Below, in pieces: positions 23,301-35,688 of a stretch of 64,000 nucleotides of DNA. The notes under the pieces are model-generated. The model was given only the letters and a program-made list of their open reading frames with translations. It was not told the DNA's origin and made no database searches. The position numbers and the translations under genes are program-made. The number at the start of each line of letters is the position of its first letter. Positions within the stretch are counted from its first letter, which is position 1. This DNA comes from Trypanosoma brucei. Its lineage: Eukaryota. Location of the stretch: positions 64,001 through 128,000 of the forward strand of contig CH464492.1 in the NCBI GenBank assembly GCA_000002445.1, in the 5' to 3' direction.

Positions 23301-25049
23301 CTTTGCAGAGACAGCTCGTGAGCGTCACAGGCCTGTAAGAATCGAGGTCCTCCCACTTTTTTCCGGCCTTCAGGATGGGGATGATAACACCAGTCTTCCA
23401 TGCAGGCGGCACGACTCCCGTTCGTAGGCTCTCATTGAATAGCCTCAGAACAAAACTCAGCGCTGTTCTACCGAGATGTTGCAGTGCCTCGTTGTATAAG
23501 CAATCAGGTCCGGGTGCGGATCCACTCGGAAGCAGTTTGATCGATCTCCGTAGTTCAGCCATCGTGATGGGACTGAACTCACTCGCTATCGTCTTTATTG
23601 GTGCCGGTGGGTGTGAGTCGGGGTGCCTTCTTGCGCGGGACGAGTACAGTTTACTGAACCTCTCAGCTTGACGGTAGTCCGTGATGGCCGCGTTATCAAC
23701 AAGTACCGCCGGTGTGGTTAGTGGTCGTGGCGCATATACCTTCTTGACAATGTGCCAACTGCAGCGGTCTGACACCGCAAGTCTGGAGCATAGCGTGCTC
23801 CATCTCTTCTTTGTGGTACGGTCCAGAATCTGCTTACGCGTGGCTACCAACTTTTCCCTTCGGTGGGAGGGTCCGCATCCAGCGATCTCTTCATCGAGTT
23901 TCGCGAGCTCAGGTGTCCAATGTGGTGGCGTTGCTCTGCAGCCATAGAGCACGGAGACCTTCGTCGCAATGCGGATGGCGGAGCTCAATTTCTGTTCCAG
24001 GGTGTTGACGTTCTTCTCTCTACCAATTTTCCTGCAGAGCTCGTCAACCTTGAGACGGAAATTCCTCCAGTCAGCTTTTAGCCATGCGTACATGGGCTTT
24101 CGAAGCCGCGGGCAACTCAGTGCATCTGTGCCGTCTCCAACGATAACGTCGAAAAATATGTGATGGTGATCGCTATCGGGAGAATACAGCGATGTCCACG
24201 TGTACACTGTGCAATTCCTTGACAGTGTCACATCAGGGGTGGACTCCCCGTGGTGGCGTGCGTACCTGGTGCACTCACCAGTGTTGCAGACCAGAAACTG
24301 GTTGTCAATGCACCACTGTGTGAGGGTTTCACCCTTGGTATTTGGTGGGCTCGCGCGATCCCATGCCAACGCGTGTGCGTTAGCGTCTGCACCGATGAGC
24401 TGGGCACCGTCAGTCGTCAGAAGCGTATCTAGGTCAGTTGCCGTGAAGGTGTGTTTTGGTGGGATGTATGCCGACGTGACAGTCAGCGCCGTTCCACGTG
24501 CAAGGTGAATTGTTGCATGCACTTGTTCAATGCGACCAACAACGGTCATACCAGTCTCGACTAGCAGGTTCTCCATCACTAGTATTGATACACCACCTCC
24601 TTTGCAGTTACGAGCTATTCTGTGATGTCGGTAGCCAGCAACGCTAAAGCAAACCACCTCTCCAGGCGTCATCCTTGTCTCGCTCAACAGACAAAAGACA
24701 ATCCGCTCATCAACAAGGGTTTTGTGAAGTGCTAATCTCTTTCCTTGAGATAGCCAGGCGCAGTTCCACTGCATCCCGCGAAACAACTAGACGGGATTCT
24801 CTTCCACATCACCGGACAGCAGCATGTTAGTGCGTATGATACTGCTGATGACACGCTGGCACGTGGCCAGGGACCGACAAATGAAAAACGGTGTCCCAGC
24901 AAGACGCTGCTGATCCCTGTGCTGTATGATGCCGTAGCCGGAGCACAGCAGTGTTCCCCATGAAAGGAAAGCTGCTGGCTCTTCGCTTCCCCCGATGATA
25001 CGGGGTACTGGACCCTGGCAACACGTTGAGGTGGCCGGCATCTCCGGGG
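20320..25049 (-). mobile_element. ingi: ingi non-LTR retrotransposon, copy 1, 3'-truncated and interrupted
   Basis: The minus-strand ORFs 23020-24786 (2A-like motif, AP-endonuclease, RT N-terminus), 22438-23010 (RT with FADD), 21760-22305 and 21228-21815 (RNase H region) and 20280-21176 (C2H2 zinc fingers) are collinear with, and by eye almost identical to, the + strand copy at 33650-38910. The 5' end is at ~25049 (reverse complement of ccccggagatgccggcc). Similarity to copy 2 stops at ~20320 inside a (GT/CA)n run. About 0.58 kb of 3' sequence, including the poly(A), is therefore missing. Confidence 0.85.
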
Positions 25050-25243
25050 ACTACCATAGTACGTTACCCTTATAGGCGACTATTAAACATGTTCTGCTAA
25101 AATTTTATTTTTTATAGCTTTTAAAAATGTTACAATCCCTCAATGGCTTTACACAATTTTAAAATATAAGAATTATTAATAATTTTTTGATAAACGTTAT
25201 AAATTTAAGAAAAAATTCTTTGAAAGTTAAAATTCTTCAAAAC

Positions 25244-26961
25244 TCACAAAATAAGCTGCAGTAGAAGCAAATTTCTTTTTGCAATAAAACTGGAATAGCG
25301 GTATCTTTTTGAATCCTTGTCATATTCACATTCTTTACCCTTCCTCCATGCACAATTTTGCTTGTCACCTGTTTTGTCACTTTCACAATCAGGCTGATTT
25401 TTGTGCCTTGCACATCCAGATGTTGTTGCTCCCCCTTTTGTTGTTCCTCCTGTTCCTGCTGCTGTGTTTTCTTTTCCAGGTTTAGGCTTGCATTCCTTTT
25501 TAGTTTTCTCATATTCGCATCCGTTGTTTTTGCAATCTGTTTTATTTTTGTTGAACATAGCGCATTTATTATGTTCTTCTACTGTGGGTTCTTTGACTCC
25601 CCCTGCTGGTGTGTTGGCACCTTGCGGTGACATTTACATATCTGCCGCAAGCAAAAAAGCCTCCATTTGTGTAGCAATTGTTTCTGCTTTGGTTACCTCG
25701 GCTGCAGCTGCCTGTGCTTCGTTACTGATTTGTGCTAACTTTTTTTGAGCATCCTGGAGCGCTTTGATCCATGCTATATGCTGTCCAGGTTTGAGTAAAT
25801 CAGCGTAGTCTATGCAAATCCCTTTGTTTGCGGTCGTTAAGTCGGAGCCGCCTGCTTTATCGCACTTAGTTTGTGCTGTACCGGCCACATTGTACGCGCC
25901 GAATAAAGATCGGTGCTTTCCCGCCTGTGCGCTGCTGCATTTCCCAGTTCTGCCTGAGGAATCCAGTTAGTTCCCAGGTCGGCGTGAAACGTCGAAATTG
26001 CTGCGGCTATGTTTGCTGTTGTTAGTTCTGTCCCTGTTGTGTGTGTTGCCGAGTCGCATGCTTTTGTTAGAGTCTTAAAAGCCGCCGCTGCCGCCCCCTG
26101 ATTGCCGGCGCCGCCGCTGAAGTCGCCCGTCACCGGTTGGGCCGTCCCGCACGTGTTGTCTTGAGCTGAGTGTGAGATGACACACAGACAGACCAAGTCC
26201 GTGGCCAGTGCTGCTCCCGGTTTGCCGGCGTTGTTTGATGCTTTCGCACATGTCGCCGCTCTTGTGCTGCTGTCGTCCCACGGGAATTGAGTGGCTGGGA
26301 GCGCCGTAAGCAACGCGTTTGGGTCAGTGAGCGCGTTTATTGTCGGTGCCGCAGCTTTTCCGTATAGTGCTGTTAGCAGGTCTTTCCGCAGTTGCAGCCT
26401 GGTCTGTTTTATTGTAGTGTCTAATGAAGTTACGGCGCTATTGATTTCTTCCGCTTTGGTCGCCAGCTTGGTAAGTTTCGACCTGAGGATTTGTCTTTTG
26501 CCTTCACTGAGTGGGAGGCCGTACTCCGTGTTGAACGCCTTCAGTTTTGCGGAGTTGGTCTGCAGGTCGTTGTAGTCTTTGATCATGGTGTCGAGTAGTT
26601 TGTTGTCTATTCCGGCAAAAAGGTTTTTGACTGGACTGCTCTCTGCCTGCAATTTGGCTGCTGTTCCGTACTTTTCCTTTGCTTTTAGAGCCTCAGTCAT
26701 TTGGGGCTCTGCCGCCGTTAAATTGAGGTTGACAATCTTTGCTAGGATTGTCTTCATTCGCTCCTTGGCAGTTTCTTCTGTGGTAGCTGTGCCGATCGCC
26801 GCCATTTTTGGTTCAGGTGGAACTGCTGTCAAAAGTTTGTAAATTACACAGAGATCCCTGAACTCTTTGGCATTCTCTCCGGCGCTGTTTGCAGATCCCA
26901 CTGTGAAAATTGCGATGAGAACCAGCTTTATAAACAATTTCGCCAGTATTTGTGAGTGCAT
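25244..26961 (-). pseudogene. VSG pseudogene (three overlapping ORFs, two frame changes)
   Basis: ORF 25837-26961 has a signal peptide (MHSQILAKLFIKLVLIAIFTVGSANS) and an N-domain (DLVCLCVISHSAQDNTCG). ORF 25634-25888 continues it. ORF 25244-25633 has a Cys-rich C-domain ending YSSFIAKRNLLLLQLIL*. Confidence 0.75.
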
Positions 26962-28167
26962 TTTGCTGCTTGCATGAAAGAAAATTGTGGGAAGTTAAAA
27001 ATACACAACTTCTGCGTAACATATGAGGTGAAACGAATTGTTTCTAGCTTCAGTTTCTGTGATATTGAAGAGGTCTTAAAAACAGCACTCAGTTAAGCAA
27101 AATAATCTTCTATTTTTGAATCTAACCTACAGTATTCTATATCTATATCTAAGGAGTATATAATATATGTGTTGCAATAGCTTCTATCATATGGTAGTCT
27201 TCAGACCGTCTTTTGACTCAGAATGACCAGGTAACGTCGCTGCTTCTCTGAGAAACTGTCGAGCTTCTGCTTTTGTCCCACGCCATTGGTGACTGCATTA
27301 AGCCACCGTTTAACACACGGTAATTTGGGTCATGAAAGCTCTTTTTTGCTTCTCTCTTTGCTTATTCGTGATTCTAACAGCGGCTCTGCAATCACCATTA
27401 TATGTGTTACTTGTTCTTTAAATGGTGTTAGTTGTTTCCCCATGCAAAGAAAGGCGAGGATGGAGTGCGGCTCTTCATTCACTCTAATTCACAAAGATTC
27501 TCTATTTGTTTATGTATGCTCTATCTTAATAAGTTTTCACGTTTTTTAATTTTATCTCTCCCCGACAATTCATTAGTTGTCTTAGTTGTAAAATCTTTTT
27601 CCCTATAATATAATATTGTTTTCCGCAAATTTTAAGATTATTATTATATTTAATGCGAATATGAGTTCAAAATTACCCCACAGTTACCCAATTCCTCAGT
27701 CTCCCTCTTCTTTAATCGCAGACGTATATCAGGATTCACCAATAAATTAATAACCACAGTTTCCAACATCATTTTACAAGTGGTTTCTACTGATTTTAGT
27801 AAAAATGAGAGCGGAACCACTCCAACGTCACTTTCTCATGCTCTGTAGTGTCGCATCTTCTGTGTTTTTACTCTGTACTTTATTTCTTTTTTCTCTTTTG
27901 TTAATTCTGCAGACGATGTAACAACCATATTTGACATGTACAGTTAATGCTATCTCTCCCTCATTATTTTCTATATCAGCTCTTTGTATATGATGATTAC
28001 AAACTAACAAAGGCAGCATCGATACTCAGAACAATTTTCTTACTGACAAGAAAACTTGAAGAGCGGCATTTGTAAGATCATTTATCGGATCCATCGTTTT
28101 CTTTCGCCCTTTCATCCACAAACTTTGATTGTTTTACCTTCATTGTCCTTTCCACGACCAGGTTGGG

Positions 28168-29640
28168 TTAGAAATTTACTGCAATTAGTCTTCTCATCTT
28201 TTTTTCCTCTGCCTGTGGCATTTTGTAATCATTGTCCACTACGCACTTCTTTTTCTCCGTTTTCTGTAGCTTTTTTGCAGCCTTCTTAGCAAGCTTCTCC
28301 CATTTTCCCTTGCAATCATCTGATTTAGGAACATGCGGTGCTTTGCTCGGTATGGAATTTGCTGCTTCTAGTTCGGAAGCGAGTTTCCCTAATTCTTCTC
28401 GCTTTTGTAGATGATTCAGCAGAATGGTGCGCCTTGCGTCGTCGCTACTTACTGCCTCCTTCAGTGGTTTAGTTGTAGTTTTGTCACCTTCTATTCTTGT
28501 TGCCATTTGTGCTTTTATCTTTTCAACAATCTTCTCCTCAGATTTTGTGTCTGCATTATCTGCCGCCACTTTGCCCATTTCCTCGGCTGCCTTGCTTGCG
28601 GATTTTCCTGTTTTGTACGGTTCTTGAGTTATTAATACTGCTTCCAGAAGTTTCTGAGCAGCTTTTGATGCCACCACTGTTTTTATTACGTCCTCAGCGC
28701 TTTGTCCACAGCCTGTGTTTTCAAATGTTAGCAGGTCGGTTAAGGAGTTGAAAATTTTTTTCGATATGTTGTCGGCGTTCGCAAATTTGTAGTCCGCGGC
28801 ACCGCCGTTAGCTGAAATTACGGTTGAATCCTCGGTACCGACGGTTTTGTGTGGTTTCCGAGTGAGCATTTCCTGCATGACATATTTTCCGGTCGGCGTA
28901 TTTTCGTGGCAAATCGCTGACGATGTGTCCGCTGTTCCTGCGAGTAAGCCGCACTTAGTGCTGTGCGTTGCGGTTATTTTGGCTTGACCTGGTGTCAGTG
29001 TTGTGAACCCAGTGCTGTAAATGACCATCGTGTCTAGGCTGGCTATCGGTGCGAAGTCTGTTAGAAGCTCCGGTGGGCATTCTAGGTCTGTTATTGTCGT
29101 ATCCTTTGTTCTGCTGGCCGCGGTTGTTCCTAAGCAAAAGTTTGTCTGTGTGTTTTTTGTCGTCCGGGATATCTGTCTAAGGAATTCCGCCATTTCGGCT
29201 ATGCGCTTGGTCGTCTTGACACTGGGTGCTATCGCTCTGCTTTCCGCCTTAGGTAGCTCAGTAAGCTTGTTATTAGCGTTCTCGCCGTAGCCCCTGGTTC
29301 CTAACCTTATTGCCTTAAATACCGTCGAAGTGGTTAGTTCAGTTTCTGCTGCTGCGGCACTCTTCGCCATTGTCGCCGCTGCTGCTGCTGCTTTGACGTA
29401 TAGATACTTTTTTGCTGCCACAGCTGGTGTCCGCGCTAGCTGTGCTGCTACTTTGGACAAGCCTTTTATTTTGGTTTCGTCAATGGGCGTTTGGCTTGCG
29501 GGATAAGTTTTAGCAAAAGTACTGCGACGAGGGCCTTGGTAAACATCCTGTAGTTTTCTTTTTTAGAAAAATTTTCGTTGCGGTGATGGAAGCGGGTTTT
29601 TGTTCTAGCAGTTGCGTGTCTCCCTTAAAACAGAAATCTC
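28168..29640 (-). pseudogene. VSG-like gene fragment: N-domain present, no GPI signal or canonical 3'UTR
   Basis: ORF 28168-29460 (430 aa) contains N-domain-type motifs (LECPPELLTDFAPIASL…KCGLLAGTADTSSAICHENT…GCGQSAEDV). It ends …CKGKWEKLAKKAAKKLQKTEKKKCVVDNDYKMPQAEEKKMRRLIAVNF* with no hydrophobic tail. An upstream extension to ~29640 lies in another frame. No 16-mer follows it. Confidence 0.5.
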
Positions 29641-30879
29641 CTGCAGGAATGGCTGGTTGGCCGTTTCTGTTCAGCCGGGTCATGGTTGTCGTGATTTTTT
29701 ATAAATGCCAATAAAACTCTGCAACTCTTTTCTGCCCTGTTGCTGCATATCGTCATGTTGTAAGAGTTGTAGTACCTGTTCTCTACCTTGAAGGAAATTT
29801 CTGAAAACTCCACTCTTTGAAGGCGGTAAATTTGTTTGTTTAAATGCAAGTTGATTCCCACTATATCTAAGACAATTAATATTTATTTCCTTCGCTACTG
29901 TTTATCATATGTTACTTTTCAGATTTATGCTCGACTCAAAATAACAATGTATAGTTACTTTCATTCCACAATCCGATTCTTTTTCTCGCTTCTTATTTGC
30001 ATTTGCTGTGTCTGCATTTCGACAGTGCGCAAGACTTGTAAATTTGAATCCGAAAAGTGCTTTTTACTACCTTTTCTTTATTAACTCTTGATGTTATCCT
30101 TTCACCGCCGACAACTCTTGTATGAATTGTGCGTTCCTTAAACGGTTTTAGCGTCTGCCTAGTATACCAATACGTAATTGGAGAACTATCACCACTGGCT
30201 CTTTGCCCTTCGTATAATAACCCTCACAATTCATAAGTGTTCTATTTTAAGAAGCTTCTGCATTTCCATTCTTCTTTTGCTATCCATATGATTCCACCAT
30301 TATTCTTTGTTCCAAAACTTTTTCAGATAATATTGTATTTTTTTCCGCAAATGTTGGTTACTGTTAATATACATGATGAGAATAGTTCAACATTACTTAA
30401 TACTTACAAAATCCTTTCAATATGCTTCTGTTTCCACATAAAGGCTTTAGATTTGCCATTAGATTAAATATAACAGTTTCCAAAATTACCTCCGTAAGAG
30501 TATCTACACACTTTTGAGCAAAATAAATCCCATCATTGGCTCAGCCTGACGTATTATTTTCCCTTTTGCTATTGCCCATATCGTTGTTTCACCCCATTTT
30601 TAAATTTCCTTCTGTTTCAATCATTTCGGATAACGCAGCAACTCCACTTGACTTGTACACTGAATTCTGTCTTTCCATGTTTGTATCCTCCATCATATTA
30701 TCGTGTATGATGATGAAGCCACTCATAATCTTTGTGTTTAACACTGAGCATATTCTATCTCCCTCTTTCTCTTTATTTTTGCTATCCTCCAAGTTACTGG
30801 CACATTACCATCCCCATTTTTTTAAGTGATTCTATTTCAATGTCCATTGGCCGTGATAGCTACCCTTGCCACAATATTA

Positions 30880-30935
30880 GCATATACACACTCACAACAC
30901 TCTCCTATCGTTATCACTATAATTAATATTTTTTA
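30880..30935 (-). repeat. Degenerate 70-bp repeat copy, reverse orientation
   Basis: cacactcacaacactctcctatcgttatcactataat is the reverse complement of the 70-bp repeat core. Confidence 0.55.
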
Positions 30936-31269
30936 ATTGTAATATTAGTAGATAAACGCTGACAACACACTTCTATTATTATTCCCACTATTATTACAAC
31001 CCTAACCAATATGCATAAAATTAGAAAAATAAGATAAAAAATATTAGCACTCATTTTTAATAGCCTGTGACTCTACGAATTTTTACCCATAGTTCTAATT
31101 GTAATATATTTTACAAAAAAATTAAGATTTTTCAAATTTTCAAAGTTTTTACTAATTTGTAAATTTTTATCAAAAAGTGAAATATATCAAGTTATAGAAA
31201 ATTATATAAATATCATAAAATTAAGCAAAAAAATTCACTAGAGTTTTAAAATGAAATCTAACTCGTAAA

Positions 31270-32765
31270 TGCATAAACAATCAGAGCTATTTTCTTATTT
31301 ACAACAGAACTGGAATCTCTGCAATCTTCACCTTCCAATTTACAGCTTTTGACATTTTCACAAACGGCTTTCTCAGTGCCGTGTTTTGTACATCCAGTTT
31401 CTTCTGCTGGTCCCGTTCCTGATTGGGTTGCTTATTGTGCTGCTTTTGTATTCAATTTGCATCTTTTTCATCAGGTCCTTCCTATTTGCAGTGGCCTTTT
31501 TGTTTGCAGTCGCTTGCTTTCTGTATCTCCTCACACTCTTTGGCCTTGCTAGTTTGTTCTTCTTTGTTCGTTTTGGTTAATGATTCGGGTGGATTCTGCT
31601 GCGCCTGTTGTTTCTTTATTAGCTGAACTTGAGGTAGCATGCTGAACGCCAGAGTTTTCAGCTTTTGCAATTTTTTGTTGCCTGCCAGGATTTGTGCCCT
31701 TTTGGCTTCTCTGCTGTGAAGTAAGTTTGAAGCCTTGATTAGCTCTTTGCGCCACGGCATATTGTTTATCTTTTCTACATCGCTTTTGCTGGCCGTTTTG
31801 TACATTGCACACACGCCTTGGCCGGTGTTGCCGTTGCAGCCCGTGCCTGTGTAGCTGCCGATGAACATGTTTGTTGTTTTTGTTGTGAACTTTGCTTTTA
31901 GGGTTTTGATCGCTGCCGTTAACTCAGCGCTTGTGATTGGGTTGCTACTGGTTTGGCAGTGCTTTATGAGGTCTTCGCCTAAGTCTTTAAGGTTGTTTAG
32001 CGTGGCTTCGACTTGGTCGTCGGCCTGATTTGTTATGCAGAGGTCGGCTTCTCCTGAGTCTGCCCCTTTGCCGCATACGCAAAGGGCGATCGTAATTAGC
32101 GCTTCTGCTTTGGCAGATGTCCCTGACGTGCCGCACAGGGCTGTGTGGCTGGCTGCAGCGTTTTTTAGTTTGTTGTTGTCAAGCTTTGTCGCCGCGCTGT
32201 CCGGTTGGCCAAAAAGGCCTGTATTTAGGGCTTGTATGATGTTTGCTGGCGTATCCGGGGCTGCATCCTGTGTTAGGCTGTTAAGTTCGACATTTATTGC
32301 GGCTGCTTGTTCAGCAACGGGCTGTAGCAACTGCAGATAAAGTTGCTTGTCGGTGCCGCTTGCCCCTCCAAGGCCTGCCCGTTTTTCGATTGCTGCCGCT
32401 TTGTTTGGTTCCTCCAGCGCCTCCTCCGCTGCTATCCAGTCTGGCCAGCGCTCTTTTTGAATGGTGTCTTCCCCTTGTTTTGGCGTTGTATACTCCGGCC
32501 TGGGTTTGCCTTGCCCTGGCTTGGCGAATTTCTTGCGCCACTCCGCGTCACTTAAAGATGTATTTAGTTGTAGGATGTCTAGATAATCAGTCTTTGCCGT
32601 ATAGGTGTCGTCCGGTGTTTGTGATATTCTCGTCGGTGCAGTTAACAGTTCGCACAGGTTGTGAAAAAGATGTGCGTGCTCGCCGGTCGTTGGGCCGGTC
32701 GCGGTCCGGGATACTATGAGCAGCATCGCTAAATATGCTGTCGCTTGTTGGAGATAGCCTAGCAT
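31270..32765 (-). pseudogene. VSG pseudogene with a frameshifted C-terminus
   Basis: ORF 31482-32765 (427 aa) has a signal peptide (MLGYLQQATAYLAMLLIVSRTATG), an N-domain (ITIALCVCGKGADSGEADLC) and a C-domain (KECEEIQKASDCKQKGHCK). In another frame at ~31270-31420 the reverse complement encodes …CKLEGEDCRDSSSVVNKKIALIVYAFTS*, a degenerate GPI signal. Confidence 0.75.
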
Positions 32766-33609
32766 GCTTCACTTTGTTATGGTGCTTCTTTGATTTGAAG
32801 GCAGTTAGGTGGTAGAATTAGGGGATACAAGTTTTCTGCTGCTGCTGTTTTGCCTTAGTTATGCTCATTACCTACGCAATAATCCTGTATCATTGTTAGC
32901 ACATTTCCTTTATATCAGCCGTTAAATCGAATAAAAATTCTACAAACAATATGAGCTTCCATTTCATAAACTAAATTGTTAACATATACATTCGGTACAA
33001 GATAGGCAGCCACGGCCGCCGCCATCACCAGTGTTTTGCCTGTTCATTTTCGTGTAAAATGTGGTTCTATTTTAAGTCAAATAGAGTATTTTCGAGTGTT
33101 TAATCTTAAGGTTCTCTACGGTTAAGTTTCCTAGCCGCAGAGTCAAGTCGTGATTTATATATTTTTTACCCTTTATTTTGCGAATAATATTCTGATGTTC
33201 TAAAAGACGCTTCTTCCCATCTCTTTCTAAATATTCCCTTAATCAGGAACTTCAATGTTGTTGGTTCTTCCATATGTTCCACTGTCCGGCGAGGGTTGCT
33301 GTCACTTATTGCTTTCCTTTAAACTTACAGATCCAGAAAGATGTAACGGAGATGAAATGTCTATTAGAAATGTCTGCAACATTGGGTCCACATACTTTAT
33401 TAAGTAGGATCATTTCTACTAAATATACCATTTCAGCTATGTTTTCAAGCCAATTTGGGTTTCATATGGGAAAATAGAAAAACTTGCTTTCTATTTAATA
33501 TACTTCCAATTTTCATGAGTGTAGCTTCTAGTGAGTCTCATTATTTTCTTCACTATCTCTTCAGGATGTCACAGTTTTTTGTGCTTTTACTTTTTTGTTT
33601 TGATGTACT

Positions 33610-34479
33610 TTGGAGTTTAACGCTGCTGGAAACGATAAGCAGCATTGCTCCCTGGCGATGCCGGCCACCTCAACGTGGTGCCAGGGTCCAGTACCCCGTA
33701 TCATCGGGGGAAGCCAAGAGCCAGCAGCGTTCCTTTCATGGGGAACAATGCTGTGCTCCGGCTACGGCATCATACAGCACAGGGATCAGCAGCGTCTTGC
33801 TGGGACACCGTCTTTCATTTGTCGGTCCCTGGGCACGTGCCAGCGTGCCATCAGCAGTATCATCCGCACTAAGATGCTGCTGTCCGGTGATGTGGAAGAG
33901 AATCCCGGCCCGTCGTTGCGCGGGATGCAGTGGAACTGCGCCGGGCTATCTCAAGGAAAGAGATTAGCACTCCACAAAACCCTTGTTGATGAGCGGATCG
34001 CCTTTTGTCTGTTGAGCGAGACAAGGATGACGCCTGGAGAGGCGGCTTGCTTTAGCGTTGCTGGCTACCAACATCACGGAATAGCTCGTAACTGCAAAGG
34101 AGGTGGTGTATCAATACTAGTGAGGGAGGACCTACCAGTCGAGACCGGTATGGCCGTTATTGGTCGCATTGAACAAGTGCATGCAACAATTCACCTTGCA
34201 CGTGGAACGGCGCTGACTGTCACGTCGGCATACATCCCACCAAAACACACCTTCACGGCAACTGACCTAGATACGCTTCTGACGACTGACGGTGCCCAGC
34301 TCATCGGTGCAGACGCTAACGCACACGCGTTGGCATGGGATCGCGCGAGCCCACCAAATACCAAGGGTGAAACCCTCACACAGTGGTGCATTGACAACCA
34401 GTTTCTGGTCTGCAACACTGGTGAGTGCACCAGGTACGCGCGCCACCACGGGGAGTCCAGCCCTGATGTGACACTGTGA
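33610..34479 (+). CDS. ingi N-terminal segment: 2A-like peptide plus apurinic/apyrimidinic-like endonuclease domain (289 aa, ends at a premature stop)
   Basis: Contains LLSGDVEENPGP at 33886-33912, then QWNCAGLSQGKRLALHKTLVDERIAFCLLSETRMTPGE…, typical of the endonuclease N-terminus of L1Tc/ingi-type elements. Confidence 0.8.
   Translation: MEFNAAGNDKQHCSLAMPATSTWCQGPVPRIIGGSQEPAAFLSWGTMLCSGYGIIQHRDQQRLAGTPSFICRSLGTCQRAISSIIRTKMLLSGDVEENPGPSLRGMQWNCAGLSQGKRLALHKTLVDERIAFCLLSETRMTPGEAACFSVAGYQHHGIARNCKGGGVSILVREDLPVETGMAVIGRIEQVHATIHLARGTALTVTSAYIPPKHTFTATDLDTLLTTDGAQLIGADANAHALAWDRASPPNTKGETLTQWCIDNQFLVCNTGECTRYARHHGESSPDVTL
33635..33649 (+). repeat. Target-site duplication (left copy) of ingi copy 2: ATAAGCAGCATTGCT
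   Basis: The identical 15-mer recurs at 38911-38925, immediately after the element's poly(A). Confidence 0.8.
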
Positions 34480-34491
34480 AGGAATTGCACA

Positions 34492-35664
34492 GTGTACACG
34501 TGGACATCGCTGTATTCTCCCGATAGCGATCACCATCACATATTTTTCGACGTTATCGTTGGAGACGACACAGATGCACTGAGTTGCCCGCGGCTTCGAA
34601 AGCCCATGTACGCATGGCTAAAAGCTGACTGGAGGAATTTCCGTCTCAAGGTTGACGAGCTCTGCAGGAAAATTGGTAGAGAGAAGAACGTCAACACCAT
34701 GGAACAGAAATTGAGCTCCGCCATCCGCATTGCGACGAAGGTCTCCGTCCCCCGTGGTTGCAGAGCAACGCCACCACATTGGACACCTGAGCTCGCGAAA
34801 CTCGATGAAGAGATCGCTGGATGCGGACCCTCCCACCGAAGGGAAAAGTTGGTAGCCACGCGTAAGCAGATCCTGGACCGTACCACAAAGAAGAGATGGA
34901 GCACGCTATGCTCCAGACTTGCGGTGTCAGACCGCTGCAGTTGGCACATTGTCAAGAAGGTATATGCGCCACGACCACTAACCACACCGGCTGTACTTGT
35001 AGATAACGCGGCCATCACGGACTACCGTCAAGCTGAGAGGTTCAGTAAACTGTACTCGTCCCGCGCAAGAAGGCACCCCGACTCACACCCACCGGCACCA
35101 ATAAAGACGATAGCGAGTGAGTTCAGTCCCATCACGATGGCTGAACTACGGAGATCGATCAAACTGCTACCGAGTGGATCCGCAGCCGGACCTGATTGCT
35201 TATACAACGAGGCACTGCAACATCTCGGCAGAACAGCGCTGAATGTTGTTCTGAGGCTATTCAATGAGAGCCTACGAACGGGAGTCGTGCCGCCTGCATG
35301 GAAGACTGGTGTTATCATCCCCATCCTGAAGGCCGGAAAAAAGGCGGAGGACCTCGATTCTTACAGGCCTGTGACGCTCACGAGCTGTCTCTGCAAAGTC
35401 ATGGAGCGCATAATTGCCGCGAGACTTAGAGACACTGTTGAGTCCCAGCTGACGCCGCAGCAATCAGGCTTTCGCCCCGGATGCTCAACGCTCGAACAAC
35501 TCCTGCACGTCCGCGCTGCCCTCTGCCGTCCCACGCACCAATATCGTACGGGTGCTGTATTCGTTGACTACGAGAAGGCATTTGATACAGTAGACGACGA
35601 CAAAATTGCGAGGGAAATGCACAGAATGAAGGTATCACCCCACATTGTGAAGTGGTGCGTATGA
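34492..35664 (+). CDS. ingi middle segment (RT fingers/palm N-terminal part), 390 aa
   Basis: …LPSGSAAGPDCLYNEALQHLG…PILKAGKKAEDLDSYRPVTLTSCLCKVMERII…FRPGCSTLEQLL…AVFVDYEKAFDTVDDDKI…. Confidence 0.8.
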   Translation: MYTWTSLYSPDSDHHHIFFDVIVGDDTDALSCPRLRKPMYAWLKADWRNFRLKVDELCRKIGREKNVNTMEQKLSSAIRIATKVSVPRGCRATPPHWTPELAKLDEEIAGCGPSHRREKLVATRKQILDRTTKKRWSTLCSRLAVSDRCSWHIVKKVYAPRPLTTPAVLVDNAAITDYRQAERFSKLYSSRARRHPDSHPPAPIKTIASEFSPITMAELRRSIKLLPSGSAAGPDCLYNEALQHLGRTALNVVLRLFNESLRTGVVPPAWKTGVIIPILKAGKKAEDLDSYRPVTLTSCLCKVMERIIAARLRDTVESQLTPQQSGFRPGCSTLEQLLHVRAALCRPTHQYRTGAVFVDYEKAFDTVDDDKIAREMHRMKVSPHIVKWCV

Positions 35665-35688
35665 TTTCTGAGTAACCGAACTGGCAGA

